From contig NC_043018.1 of NCBI RefSeq assembly GCF_006345805.1, positions 18,724,001 to 18,788,000 on the forward strand: a DNA stretch of 64,000 nt. The letters run 5' to 3'. Under the pieces are notes generated by a model. It was not told the DNA's origin, did not search any database, and saw nothing but the letters and a program-made list of their open reading frames with translations. Shown here piece after piece: positions 1 to 12,058 of the stretch; position 1 is the stretch's first letter, and the number at the start of each line of letters is the position of its first letter. Made by a program: the position numbers and the translations under genes. This DNA is from Octopus sinensis. Its lineage: Eukaryota.

Positions 1-164
1 GGTCATTTTCAGGAATTCTGTAGCAGACTCAGTCAAGGTTTGGTAATACCATAATGTTTGACGCCAAAACATTTAAAATTAAGATCACGCTCCAAAAATT
101 AAGTTGATGATAATTAATGGCTAAATTTATGGTCGACAAAATCCTGAATTAGAGGTCATCAGCT

Positions 165-498
165 GAAGTTCATGTGACCCCAGAGGGTCCATATAAGATT
201 TTTGGGGCCAAATGTGATGAAATAGTAAATTGGGGATCCACAATAGTATTTTAAGAGCCCCTGAAAAAATTTTAGTTTAAATGTGTGAATTGGTATTCAT
301 GGCAAGAAACGGCAAGGTTCCTTTCTCTAACATTTTACATAGTTCAACCTACACAAGTTAATGTGTGGAAAACGAAAGAGGAATTTTGAAAGAAGTTTCT
401 ATAAAACTAGATTTTAAACATTGAATGGCTACAAGAGTAGACCTGAATAAAATAGTAATCAAAGGGGTCCATAGATAAGAAATGGTTGAGAATCCCTG
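165..498. mobile_element. One end of a hAT (Charlie-like) DNA transposon/MITE; other end not found in window
   Basis: Minus strand from 498 reads CAGGGATTCTCAACCATTTCTTATCTATGGACCCC, the CAGGGGTTCTCAACC-type terminus of Charlie-like hATs. It is followed by TTCTAAAT, close to the NTCTAGAN target preference. GGGTCCA-like subterminal motifs recur inside. Confidence 0.5.
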
Positions 499-539
499 TT
501 CTAAATGAAGACCAACAAATGCTAGATTCAGTGTTGTTA

Positions 540-770
540 TCATTATTGTCATCGTGGCTTTAATGTCCACTTTTCCATGCTTGAGTGGATCAGATGGAAT
601 TCATTCAGGCAGATTTTCTACAGCTGGAAGCTTTTCCTGTCACCGACTCTAACTCGTTTCCAAGCAAGTTAACATTTCTTCATTCCCAGAAATGTTTTTG
701 CAGAATACTGGAAATGAATAACACTGCTTGGATGACACTGACACTCGTTTACAACTATCGAGCAACATCG
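540..770 (-). mobile_element. Diverged variant of SINE-like family C (RTE-type 3' tail)
   Basis: catcgtggctttaatgtccacttttccatgc...ttttctacagctggaagcttttcctgtcacc resembles the reverse complement of the family C copies at 19.7, 22.6 and 31.4 kb. Confidence 0.4.
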
Positions 771-802
771 AGACAAGGAAATAAACACACACACACACAC
801 AC

Positions 803-965
803 ACATATGTTGGCCTTCTTTCAGTTTCTGTCAATGAAATCCACTCAGAAGAATTTTGTCAGCTTATGGTTATAGAAGAAGAAACTTGCTCAAGGTTCCA
901 CACAGTGGAACCAAACCTGAAACTACGATTGGGAAGCAAACTTCTAAACCACACAGCCATGCCAG
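803..965 (-). mobile_element. SINE family A, 5' (tRNA-derived) half
   Basis: Reverse complement of the family A head seen intact at 29921 and 32404 (ttctttcagtttc...aaatccactca...cttgctcaaggttccacacagtggaacc). Confidence 0.6.
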
Positions 966-1577
966 CCAATAAATACAAAACCATTCAGGGCCCTAAAGTA
1001 ACAACTACCATCCTCAGAGCTTTGATTTAAGACGAACCAAAGTATGATGGAGTGATCAGACTGAAATATGGCAATATATTCAATAAGCTTTTTTCTAAAC
1101 AATCCATCCATTAATTATTTTGACACAATTAGAAATACAACAGAACAACATATTTCATATGATATAATCCAGTCTTCATTTTAAATGCATATACACACAG
1201 ATAACCAAGGACTTGTTAAATTTAGTATTTTTTTTATTTTCTATTGAATTATAGACATAAGAAGATTTTAATAGAAATTCAGTAAATGTGAGCTAGTAAG
1301 GCCATATTCCCTGCTGAACTATGTGTTTGTCTTGTGGGCTCCATAACAGTCTTCATTTTGGCTGTTTCACTACATACCTCCTTACCTTGTGTTCATTCCT
1401 CTTCCATCACCCTTCACCAGGACTTTCTCACTCTTCTTTCTTGTACTTCATATCCATCCATTCTTTCATCCAGCTATCTTTCTCCAACACATGACCCAAT
1501 CATTTCATCCCCTTTTTCTTTCAAACAATCTACCACAGATTTTATTCCTACCATTCTCAATAACTCAGTGTTTGGCT

Positions 1578-1578
1578 A

Positions 1579-1660
<82 letters not shown>

Positions 1661-1681
1661 GGAGTGTATGTGTGTGTGTGA

Positions 1682-1718
<37 letters not shown>

Positions 1719-1719
1719 G
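1578..1719. repeat. Compound (CT)n-(GT)n-(GA)n microsatellite
   Basis: Directly visible dinucleotide runs. Confidence 0.95.
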
Positions 1720-2067
1720 ACAAGAAAGGTGAAATTGGAGATGAAGACACGGTAGTACAATAATAAACCATTTCACTGACAGACATGTGGGAATTAGCTC
1801 CACTGGCACAGACATGTAGTGTGAATAGACAAATTCAGTCTCAAACATGGAAAACCAATGATAACAGTGATGATGTAACAAGTCGTTAACCCAAAGTTTG
1901 CCCTCATCAAACAGACTTATAATCAACAGTAGGCAAGTGTTAACCCTCCCACCTTTTTTCAGAAATAACAAACACCAGACAACAATATCCAGAGTGTTGT
2001 TTTTCAACACAGGTGTAATCTAAGGGAGATCTAGCTGCTATTTCTAACAAGTTAAGTAACTACATGG

Positions 2068-2449
2068 AAGCACTCCGTCGGTTACGACGATGAGGGTTCC
2101 AGTTGATCCGAATCAATGGAACAGCCTGCTCGTGAAATTAACGTGTAAGTGGCTGAGCACTCCACAGACACGTGCACCCTTAACGTAGTTCTCGGGGATA
2201 TTCAGCGTGACACAGAGAGTGACAAGGCCGGCCCTTTGAAATACAGGTACAACAGAAACAGGAAGTAAGAGTGAGAGAAAGTTGTGGTGAAAGAGTACAG
2301 CAGGGATCACCACCATCCCCTGCCGGAGCCTCGTGGAGCTTTTAGGTGTTTTCGCTCAATAAACACTCAAACGCCCGGTCTGGGAATCGAAACCGCGATC
2401 CTATGACCGCGAGTCCACTGCCCTAACCACTGGGCCATTGCGCCTCCAC
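2068..2449 (-). mobile_element. SINE family D, head variant 2 (tRNA-derived)
   Basis: Minus strand begins gtggaggcgcaatggcccagtggttagggc (A box) ... ggtttcgattccc (B box). It matches the + copy at 38438-38818 over its length. Confidence 0.85.
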
Positions 2450-3050
2450 TGTAACTACATAGACGCTCTCTCTCATTGGCTCATTCAAACATGTTGTGTT
2501 CCGGAACCGAACATCATATCATATGAAGGGTTCCGTTCTGCCTGGAAAGTTAGACTTGTGTTCTTCCTTGCGGCATAAAAACATATTTCACTGTTTGAAT
2601 TCTTTGCATAATTTTTTTTTTTGCCAATACAGAACATTTTCCTCAGATTCTACTGTCTTTTACTGTTTCATATTCTAGTCTCTCGGATGATTTATAGCAC
2701 TTCATTAGCAGGAAGGGGTAACGAAAGCATATCGGTATTGCTAAGACAAGTAAGCAATCAGTGTGTGCAGAAACAAAAAATCAACAGGAAAATAAAACAA
2801 CTCAGCTAAATTCACTGCCAGAGAAAAGATGAATGATAATAAGGAAAAGATTAAAAAAAAAAAAAAATACCAAAAACATAACAACAACAACAACAAATAG
2901 ATAATTTCAAATTCAGACAAAAAAAATATTTTCCTCTAAAAAAAAAAAAAACAAAAAACCATAAATTGAAACTATGCATTATTACAACCAAACTGTCCTT
3001 CCTTTGTTTCTTTCCTTCTTTCCTTGTTAGTATACAGGAAATAACAGTCC

Positions 3051-3082
<32 letters not shown>

Positions 3083-3243
3083 GGAATTGTTTTGCAGAGT
3101 AGTTTTGTTGGCATATTTACGCATAACATATAAATATATGTATATGTGTGAGGAGGAGGGTAGTATATATATGCTTGTGTGTGTATACATTTGTATGCAT
3201 GGATACACATAGAGTTACATACATAGACAGCTTTACACACACA

Positions 3244-3290
<47 letters not shown>

Positions 3291-3690
3291 GTTCATATTT
3301 GCTCACATAAACACTAAAATATACAAGGAAACAAAGGGAGGACTCAATACTGAAAGTAGAGTGGAATAATTCACTGGAAGCAAAAACTACATGATTTGTT
3401 ACTCTGAGTTTTTTCAGTAAGTTCACAAAACAATTACGAAAAGTGTAATGTGGAATTTGGTAAATAATAAATAAGAGTGAAATGTTGGAATATCGTAATG
3501 TACACTGGTTGGATAATAAGGAATAACGGAATCGGATCAGATGAAAATATAGCCAATGTTTGGAAAATAGGAGATGGGGAGAGGTGATATTTGGAGCAGA
3601 AGAAATAACCTGTACAGAAGCAACATGTTTAGGCAAGAAGAATATACTTTTAAATGTTGACAATACATGTAGTAAAAAGTTTCTCAAACA

Positions 3691-3985
3691 TGTGGTTTTG
3701 GGTTCAGTTCCATTGTATAGTACCTTGAGCAAGTGTCTTCTTTTATAACCCTTATAAGTGGATTTGGTAGACAGAAACTGAAAGGAACAGTGTGTGTGTG
3801 TGTGTGTGTGTTTCCAACTGCTGTTTGTAACTGGTGTTGGTTTGTTTATATTGCTCTAACTTAGTGGTTTGACAAAAGAAACCGATGGGATAAGTACCTG
3901 CATTGATTTGTTCAACTAAAACCTTTGAAGGCAATGCTCCAGCATGGCCACAGGCCAATGAGTGAAGCGAGTAAAAGATTAAAGT
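3691..3985 (+). mobile_element. SINE family A, 5'-eroded copy with internal (GT)n
   Basis: gggttcagttcc...ccttgagcaagtgtcttc...gtggatttggtagacagaaactg-(GT)n-...ctccagcatggccacag, collinear with 29921-30332. Confidence 0.75.
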
Positions 3986-6025
3986 GAAAAGATGTCAACA
4001 TTATTCCAAGTTCTCTCAATTACTCAGACATTTGGAGATAATTATGAAGTAAATATTTGAGGTTTGTCTGAAATTGTCTGACATCAAAAACCATTTGCTT
4101 TATCAATGGATGCCTTGATATAATATGTATAATTTCTCACGCCTACATAGTCTGCAGTGTAAATTTTAATGAAAACTACCATGTGTATGTGGAATAGTAT
4201 GACTGAGAACTTACTTTCTAATTTTAAATGTAATTGCATGTGTCTCTTTCAAAAACCAAATGTGCTTTGAAAAGGCTGTGGGAAATCTTTTCCCAGTTTT
4301 TCCTAATGTATGTATATTTTGAAAACATAAACAAACTTTAAAGCAATTCCCAGTCAATCCAATCCAATTTCTTGGTAGACTGGTGTTATCTGGCTAATCT
4401 TGAATGCAATGTATTAGAGGTTTGGAGAAACAATTACCATCAAAAGGCAATGAAGTTACACGTAGAAAAAAATAAACAGTATTTTTATTGTTGGAAAAAT
4501 TTTCTCAAGTTAAAATAGCTGAGCTTCCAAATTTTTTTATGACATGAGAAGTTTACTTTAAGAGAATTTCATTAAAAATCTTATCATATTTATTACTCAT
4601 TGAAAAATGAAAACAATATAAAATTTAACAAGTCCTTGGTGATATATGCCTGAATGCATTTAAACTGAGGGCTGGACATAATAGATTTCTTCGTTTATTG
4701 TTTAGTCTTAAGAACATTAAATAGAGTTCCATCGTATTTTATCAGCAAAAGCACTATTGCAAAAGTCTCCTCCTAATAAGAAGAAGCACTAATAAATGTG
4801 ACCTGATTTGAAGCTAATGGCAATGTACATTTATTAATAACAATTTTGTAGATAAGAGAGGTTGCCGCTGACCCAAATTCTTATTCTTATAATGGAATCT
4901 TTCATTAGATCTTTGGTGAAGATAGAATATATTTGTACCAAAATTTAGGTACTTTTTTAAACAATAGTTATATTGTCAACCAATATGATTTTTTTATAAT
5001 TCAATATGCAAATATTATATGTAAACAATTTCAATATCGCAAATTTCTAGTTCTATTTTTTTGCAGTCATCCGAAGGTTGTAGTTGAATACATCAGAATA
5101 ATAATTTACCAAGATTAAGCTTCCAATAAATTACATACACACACATGCACAGACACACAGACACACACACAAACATCATTAGAATCCAAAATTTTTTAAG
5201 TCATTACTCCAAGTTTTACAGTGGTAATTATTCAAACAAGTGGAAAAGGGAAACTGCATGACAAAATATAAGCAAAAATATTTGTAAACAAATAAAAATA
5301 TTATTAGTTAATAATGAGATGTGATTAGTAGCAAAAATGAATGTCAGAAAATTCTCCACCGATCCATCTGTACACAGGTTGCATGATATGTCTGTCTATT
5401 CACATGCAAAAACATGTAGGATTATCATGTATTTTGAGGCATATGTGTAAAACTGCAAGGAAGATGGCTATTGTCAATGCAGTTTTAGTGTTGCTGAAAA
5501 AGCTGGAGGGTTTTTACTTTTTATGTATGCCCATCATTCAGGGTAAATCTATTATGTTGAAAATAAAAACCAGTTGATATTTGAAAAATTTCTCAATAAC
5601 TATAGATAGGAGTGTTTGTAAGAATTCACCAGTTCCAATCTTTTGTTCCAAATTACCTAAGGCAGTTATAGGATGTTATGCATTTTCAAGAAACAAGATC
5701 ACATTTTATTGAACCATAAACGTATGGGAATACGTTTTGTGATAGACCAATTGATTTTATTGTAGCTGACATTATCATTCTTTAAATACCAGATATATTT
5801 GGATATTAATGTATTATATTAATGTATTTTTTCATTTGGACTGTTATACATAAAAACAGCCAGCCATTATTTATTACTATGTATTGAGGATCGCTCAAAA
5901 CATTTAAGTAGATTATAGAGTTTAAGATTTATATGTCTAAGGAAAAATTTAACAGTAACTTCGAAGTTTTTGCTGTTGGCTAGCTTCTTCAAATATATTA
6001 GGATGATAAGGTAGTAAGGTGTCTT

Positions 6026-6180
6026 TCATCATCATCATCGTTTAGCGTCCGCTTTCCATGCTAGCATGGGTTGGACGGTTCAACTGGGGTCTGGGAAGCC
6101 AGAAGGCTGCACCAGGCCCGGTCTGATCTGGCAATGTTTCTATGGCCGGATGCCCTTCCTAATGCCATGCCCTTCCTAAC
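6026..6180 (-). mobile_element. SINE-like family C copy
   Basis: catcatcatcgtttagcgtccgctttccatgctagcatgggttggacgg...ggatgcccttcctaatgcc, the reverse complement of family C with its (GAT)n tail. Confidence 0.85.
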
Positions 6181-6205
6181 TGAGTTTCAAAATATGTACA
6201 TATAT

Positions 6206-6540
6206 ATGGTTGAGTGGTAAGAAGTGTGCTTCCCAGCTATATGGTTCCAGGTTCAGTCTCACTAGATGGCACCTTGGGAAGGTGCCTTTGGTAGACAGAA
6301 ACTGAAAGAAACCCATTGTCAAATGTGTGTGTGGAAACCTTTTGTTTGTATGCTACCACTTGGTAACTAGCGTTGGTTTGTTTATGTCACACAAAACTTA
6401 AAACTTTGGCAGAAGAGACCAAGAGAATAAGTACCAGACTTGAAAAATAATTTTAAAAAATAAGTACTGGGCTGAATTTGACAAAAACCCTTCAAGTGCT
6501 GCAGCATGGCCACAGTCCAATGTCTGAAACAAGGAAAAAT
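6206..6540 (+). mobile_element. SINE family A copy
   Basis: Head gagtggtaagaag...ggttccaggttcagtc and tail ...agaataagtacc...cagcatggccacagtccaatgtctgaaacaagg as in the other family A copies. Confidence 0.75.
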
Positions 6541-6959
6541 ATATGTATATATTGTGTACACCATTTTTAAGTGATTGGCAGTAAGTCCTGCATAACTTTT
6601 TGTTTTACTGTTGTTTGTAAGAGAGACCATACTTAAAAACACAAAAAACTACAGAAAAACACAAAAAACTACAGAAAAACACCAAAACAGGGTAAAAGCA
6701 GATAATAAGATTGTAGAACTTCTATACAGGAGAAGAGCTTTGTTTGCTTGTACAAGAAATGTTTTCTTTCGTTTGTTTATATTGGCAACAGAAGTTTCTT
6801 GGAGTTTTTTTTTATATGCAACTGTAATACACCTTAACAGTGTCTTTATTACAGGCCTGATGATATCCAAGATCAAACTTTACTCTGTGTATTTGCATAG
6901 CTTTTGGGGGGCTTTTTTTATTTGTGTGTGTTGGGAACACAAACATTCAACAATCCAGA

Positions 6960-7271
6960 CACACACATAAATACATATGCATTTGTATGTACGCATATAT
7001 ATATATATATTTATATTTATATATATATATATATACATTAATATACATACATATGTACATATGTTTACATACATGTATACATACACATACATTATATATA
7101 TATAAACATATATTTAATATATATATATATATACACACATACATATATGCATATATATTATATACATATAAATATACATACATATATATATGCATATGTA
7201 TATATATACATAAATATATATATAATATATATATATATATACATAAATATACAGACATATATAGATACATA
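6960..7271. repeat. (TA)n/(TACA)n microsatellite array, left flank of the Penelope-like element
   Basis: Directly visible. Confidence 0.95.
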
Positions 7272-7608
7272 TATGGCAACATGAACACCTGTTTCACCAC
7301 GAATCGAAGACGAACTACGGTAAGAACTCTTCCCATTTTGTATGCAAACACCCCAATGCACACAACAGGAACAAAAAGCACAAACAAAATAGATATTGTT
7401 TTGAACAGACCATTAGCAGTAGAAATAACAGATCATTTTCAAGACCTCAACAGAGATTACCCACAAGAAACTGGACAAAAACCGATCTAGATCTAGAAGT
7501 AAACCCAGATCATTTCTCCAGGTGGTTAAAAACAATGCTAACAAGAAATTGAAAAGTAGCATACATAATACCAAAAACAAAGACAGAAAACATAACGAAA
7601 CCAAGTAA

Positions 7609-9988
7609 AGTACCACAACCAAAACGCAAAATTCATCAAGCAAACATCAACAGGAATATAATCATAACCAAAAAAAAATCCTTTTTTACGTCAGGACAAC
7701 AAACACCGGAGAAAGAAAAAATCCAAGAGGAAACATACCCCAAACAACTGAACGTATAGATCCTAAAATAATTAATTTATCAAAAAGAGATTTTGACAAT
7801 GATGAAATCCAACTTCTGTCAAAAGGACTGAAATTCACACCTACACCAACAGCCAACCACCAAGAATTAAAGGAGGATATCCAAAAATTCTGTCGAAAAT
7901 TACGACTTGTAGAATTCTTCGCCAACAAAAGTAATGAGATTGATGAATCCCTAGTAAGGAATAAATCAAATTTCACCCCACCAAAAGAAGAAAGAAATAA
8001 CTACCTTGACCAATACATTGATATCCTGTCTAAATTTCCCCTTAGACGCAATACCAATGTTAGGCCAAACATTAGCAAATCAGAGATGTCTGCATGTAAA
8101 CGTATACAAAACGATCAAACAATAATAATTAAACAAGCAGATAAAGGTGGTGCAATTGTTATTATGGATACCGAATACTATAAGGACTTGGTTGAAGACC
8201 AACTGAAGGATACAACCTTCTATTGTGAAATACCCGCAAATATAGACCACCACATCATGAAAAAGATCAACAACCTGATTTCAACACACCACAACTCACT
8301 TACGGATAATGAAAAAGACTACATCACCAATTTTGAACCAAAACCCAGCAACTTCTACGGCTTACCAAAAATACACAAATCAAAAAACATTCAACAGGCA
8401 GTAAAAGAACAAGAAAGTGAGTACATAAAATTATTACATCCAAAAGACCTAAAACTTAGACCTATTATAGCTGGTCCAGCATGCCCTACACACCGTCTAA
8501 GCAATTTTATTGACATTGTTTTGAAACCACTATGTACTTACATACCAAGTTTCATCAGGGATGACATCGACTTCCTGTCCCATCTTCCCAAAACAACAGA
8601 AACAAATTCAGTTTTACTAAGTTTTGATGTGGTAAGCCTCTACACCAATATTCCACACGATTTAGGAATAAAGGCGATAAATACTGGTTAGAAAAACATA
8701 GAGAAGTGATTCCCAGCAGATTCACAGTGCCATTTATATTAGACACAGTCAAGCTTATTCTAGAAAATAACACATTCTTCTTCAATGGAAAGATTACATC
8801 CAAATTAGAGGCACGGCGATGGGAACGAGGTTTGCTCCCGTTTACGCCAACTCTGTAATGGGATACTTAGAAGAACAACTCTACCAAGAGGTGGAGGTAA
8901 ACTATGGCACTGGGTTTAGAAAGTATATTGAAAAGGCATGGAAGAGATACCTAGACGACTGTTTCATAATCTGGACAGAATCTCTAAATACTCTGGAAGA
9001 GTTCAATATCCTCCTGAACAACCTACACCCATCTCTCCAATTTACAAAGGAGATGAGTAGTACCAAATTACCATTCCTGGATATAATGGTAATTAAAAAA
9101 GACACCACCATCACCACAGATATATACTATAAACACACAGACACAATCAATACCTAAATTTTAAGTCGTGCCATCCACCACATACAAAACGTAACATCCC
9201 ATACTGCCTAGCCAGAAGAATTTGTACTATTGTAGAAGATGCAAATATCAGGAACAAACGCCTATAAGAACTAAGAGAATTTTTGCTCAAACAAAAATAC
9301 CCATCTCTACTTATAGAAAATGGCATACAGCGGGCTATAAAAATACCTATACAACAACTTAGGACAACCCAAGGAAGAGGAAAAAAGAACAAGTCCTACC
9401 ATTCATAGTGACACACACCCATGTCACCAGAATATCTTCAACATTGCCAAAGCAAACCTACCAATCATTGCCCAAAGTAATGAATTAAAAGACATAATCA
9501 CGGATCGAGCTATGGTGCTTAGTAAAAGACAGCCTAAAAACTTGAAAACATTACTAACAAAGGCAAAATTTGACCTCAGCAACAAAGACCAAACATTCAC
9601 GGTATCTAAATGCAATGATAGCCGATGTGGCACATGCCAATTCATACATACCGGTCAATATATAAACACAAAAACCGGGAAAATATTCACAAACGCGAAT
9701 ATGAACTGCAAAAGCAGAAATTTAATTTACTGCATCAAATGCCCAAATTGTGAAGAAATATATGTAGGTCAGACGGGAAACGCACTATTAGAACGCTCAC
9801 GTGTACACCGGCAACAGATTAGAGACCCAGAGGTCCGTCAGATACCTTTGAGTAACCACCTAGCAACATGTGGTCGGAAAATATATATAATATTTCCATT
9901 CTACAAATTACACAGCCCAAATGAAATCGAGAGGAAAATCAGAGAAAAGAATTTTATTGATAATTCGAACCCAAGCAATAAGCAATAA
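7609..9988 (+). pseudogene. Disrupted PLE polyprotein: reverse transcriptase + GIY-YIG endonuclease
   Basis: Frame 1 is open from 7609: IINLSKRDF..LLSKGLKFTPTP, IIIKQADKGGAIVIMD, NFYGLPKIHK, LRPIIA, FDVVSLYTNIP. After frameshifts come QIRGTAMGTRFAPVYAN, WKRYLDDCF, LPFLDI, QYLNFKSCHPPHTKRNIPY and NLIYCIKCPNCEEIYVGQTG..R...H. One-base frameshifts at about 8680, 8790, 9146, 9365-9387, 9415 and 9963; in-frame TAA at 9265-9267. Confidence 0.92.
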
Positions 9989-10310
9989 TAATAATAATAA
10001 TACTTAGAGGTATTACTTCCACTGCTACGACCATGACCACTAACAACAACAACATACTAAAGGTGATCAAGACGAAGATAGCAGGAAAATTATCTTATTT
10101 AGGGTTAAAAGTTCTATTGCCACCACCATCACCACTAGCAACAATAATTAAGGTGCTGACAATGATGATGATGACAATTGAAATATAAAAATATAAAAAT
10201 CTCTGACAAAGGATATTTACAACATTTCTAAAAATAACCCAACAATTGCTGCTTCGGCCAGGGTCAAGATACAGGACTCTTGACATGTCCAACAAAGCGT
10301 GATGCCTAAA

Positions 10311-10452
10311 CCAATCAGCTCAACCAACCAATCAGCTTAAGTAATTGAGTGATACTACACACTGATTGGTCAGAATACAGTTTGCAAAACCTAGCACTCT
10401 GGAGCCTACCCAGCTGTATTTATAGCACAGAATCAATCATCTTGCTACAGTC
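10311..10452 (+). promoter_or_regulatory. Putative Pol II promoter in the PLE pseudo-LTR
   Basis: CCAATCAG at 10311 and 10328, reverse CTGATTGG at 10362, TATTTATA at 10417-10424, and an Inr-like ACAGTC about 30 bp after the TATA element (10447-10452). Confidence 0.5.
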
Positions 10453-10487
10453 AAAAATTGTGAAGCATGACTGTCAACACTACTACA

Positions 10488-10532
10488 TGAACCCGAAGAT
10501 TGCAGAATTCAATGCATGAAAGTACTAGTTCA
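10488..10532 (+). ncRNA. Minimal type I hammerhead ribozyme motif (PLE-type)
   Basis: Stem I TGAAC/GTTCA; core CCGAAGA (one change from CUGANGA); stem II TGCA/TGCA with an 8-nt loop and a T.T closing mismatch; GAA; palindromic stem III AGTACT; cleavage triplet CUA. Confidence 0.7.
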
Positions 10533-10663
10533 ATCAGAATGAATATTTAACATTCTACTATTTCATTTTATTTTATTCAATTATAATATATTATCTTATA
10601 ATATATCATTATAAGATTGTAAATAAAACGTGAAAATCAGACAAGGTTGGAATTCTTTTTATT

Positions 10664-10745
10664 AATATATACAGATATATATATATATATAATATATATA
10701 TATACAATACAGATATATATATATATATATATACATATCAGATAT

Positions 10746-10777
<32 letters not shown>

Positions 10778-11000
10778 ACATATACAGATATATATATATA
10801 TATATATACATATACAGATATATATATATAATATATATATATACAGATATATATATATATATATATAATATAATACAGATATCTATATATATATATATAT
10901 ATATACAGATATATATATATAATATATATATATATATTATAGGCACATATATATGCAAAATATACATATATATATATTAATATATATACGTATGTATATA
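10664..11000. repeat. (TA)n array with interspersed CAGA units, right flank of the PLE
   Basis: Directly visible. Confidence 0.95.
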
Positions 11001-11488
11001 CACACACATAGCCACAGATATTGTTCAGTATTCTAATTTTAACTTCAGAAATATAAAAAAAACAACACAAAAAACAATGAAGAAAAATGATGAAGATCAT
11101 ACTTCCCAACCTACCATCAAGTTTTATAGAGCATTTTTCTTCCTTAGCAATCCATTTATTATTTTTCCTTCTTCAGAATAAATTTTTTTTTTCTTCAGGT
11201 GTTGTGGGGGGTGGGAGCAAAATGGAAAGGTGAATGGCATAGTAACACCTCAAAATATAATTTCCCCAAAAAAAAAAAAAAAAAACAGAAACAGAAACAA
11301 GTACAAAAGCAATATTGTTTGTTGCTGTTGTTGTTGTTGTTATTGTTGTTGTTGACATCACATATTCTATAATTCCATTGTGTTTGCGTTATTCTGGCAC
11401 CAATCCAGTAAAACTCAGGCTGGGCAGAATATTGAATATTTCTACCTATATACAAACATACATTGTCATTATTGTTGCTGTTATTATT

Positions 11489-11532
<44 letters not shown>

Positions 11533-11545
11533 CATTATTATTATT

Positions 11546-12013
11546 TGTGATGAGCTAGCAAAAACACTAGCTCACCAGAAAAAGTGCTTAGTGGTATTTC
11601 ATCCATTGCTACATTCCGAGTTCAAATCCCGCTGAGGTCGACTTTGCATTTCATTCTTTCGGGGTCGATAAATTAAGTACCAGTTGCATACTAGGGTCGA
11701 TCTAATTGACTGGCCCCCTCCCGCAAAATTTCGGGCCTTGCACCTAGAGTAGAAAAGATGATGATGATTATTATTATTATTATTAATATTATTTGTGGTG
11801 AGCTAGCAAAAACACTAGCTCACCAAAAGAAGTGCTCAGTGGTATTTTGTCCATTGCTACATTCTGAGTTCAAATCCCGCTGAGGTCGACTTTGCATTTC
11901 ATCCTTTCAGGATCGATTAAATAAGTACTAGTTGCATAGTAGAATTGATCAAATCGACTGGCCTCACCTCCCCAAAAATTTTAGGCCTAGTCCTATAGCA
12001 GAAAGGATTATTA

Positions 12014-12058
<45 letters not shown>

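Larger units (their letters stand above)
7272..10663 (+). mobile_element. Penelope-like retroelement (PLE), probably Neptune-type, apparently 5'-truncated, with 3' pseudo-LTR
   Basis: PLE RT and C-terminal GIY-YIG motifs (next feature), followed by a 3' region with promoter motifs, a hammerhead ribozyme and AATAAA (10622-10627). Both ends abut (TA)n arrays. The Cys-rich linker CNDSRCGTC suggests the Neptune group (from recalled family features). Confidence 0.9.

Noticed and set aside
2851-3732. 293-aa minus-strand ORF
   Set aside because: It crosses (CA)n microsatellites and a SINE fragment, and has no recognisable domain.
4600-5900. Possible very old L1/Tx1-like RT remnant on the minus strand (INNGW near 5850; NLSYL..KIVIN near 4790)
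   Set aside because: Only two short motif hits amid many stops, with spacing longer than expected. It needs a profile-HMM search (for example Dfam or RVT_1) to support it.
6924-7490. 188-aa ORF upstream of the PLE RT
   Set aside because: The first two-thirds is translated (TA)n. Only the end lies in the PLE, and I could not link it in frame to the RT.
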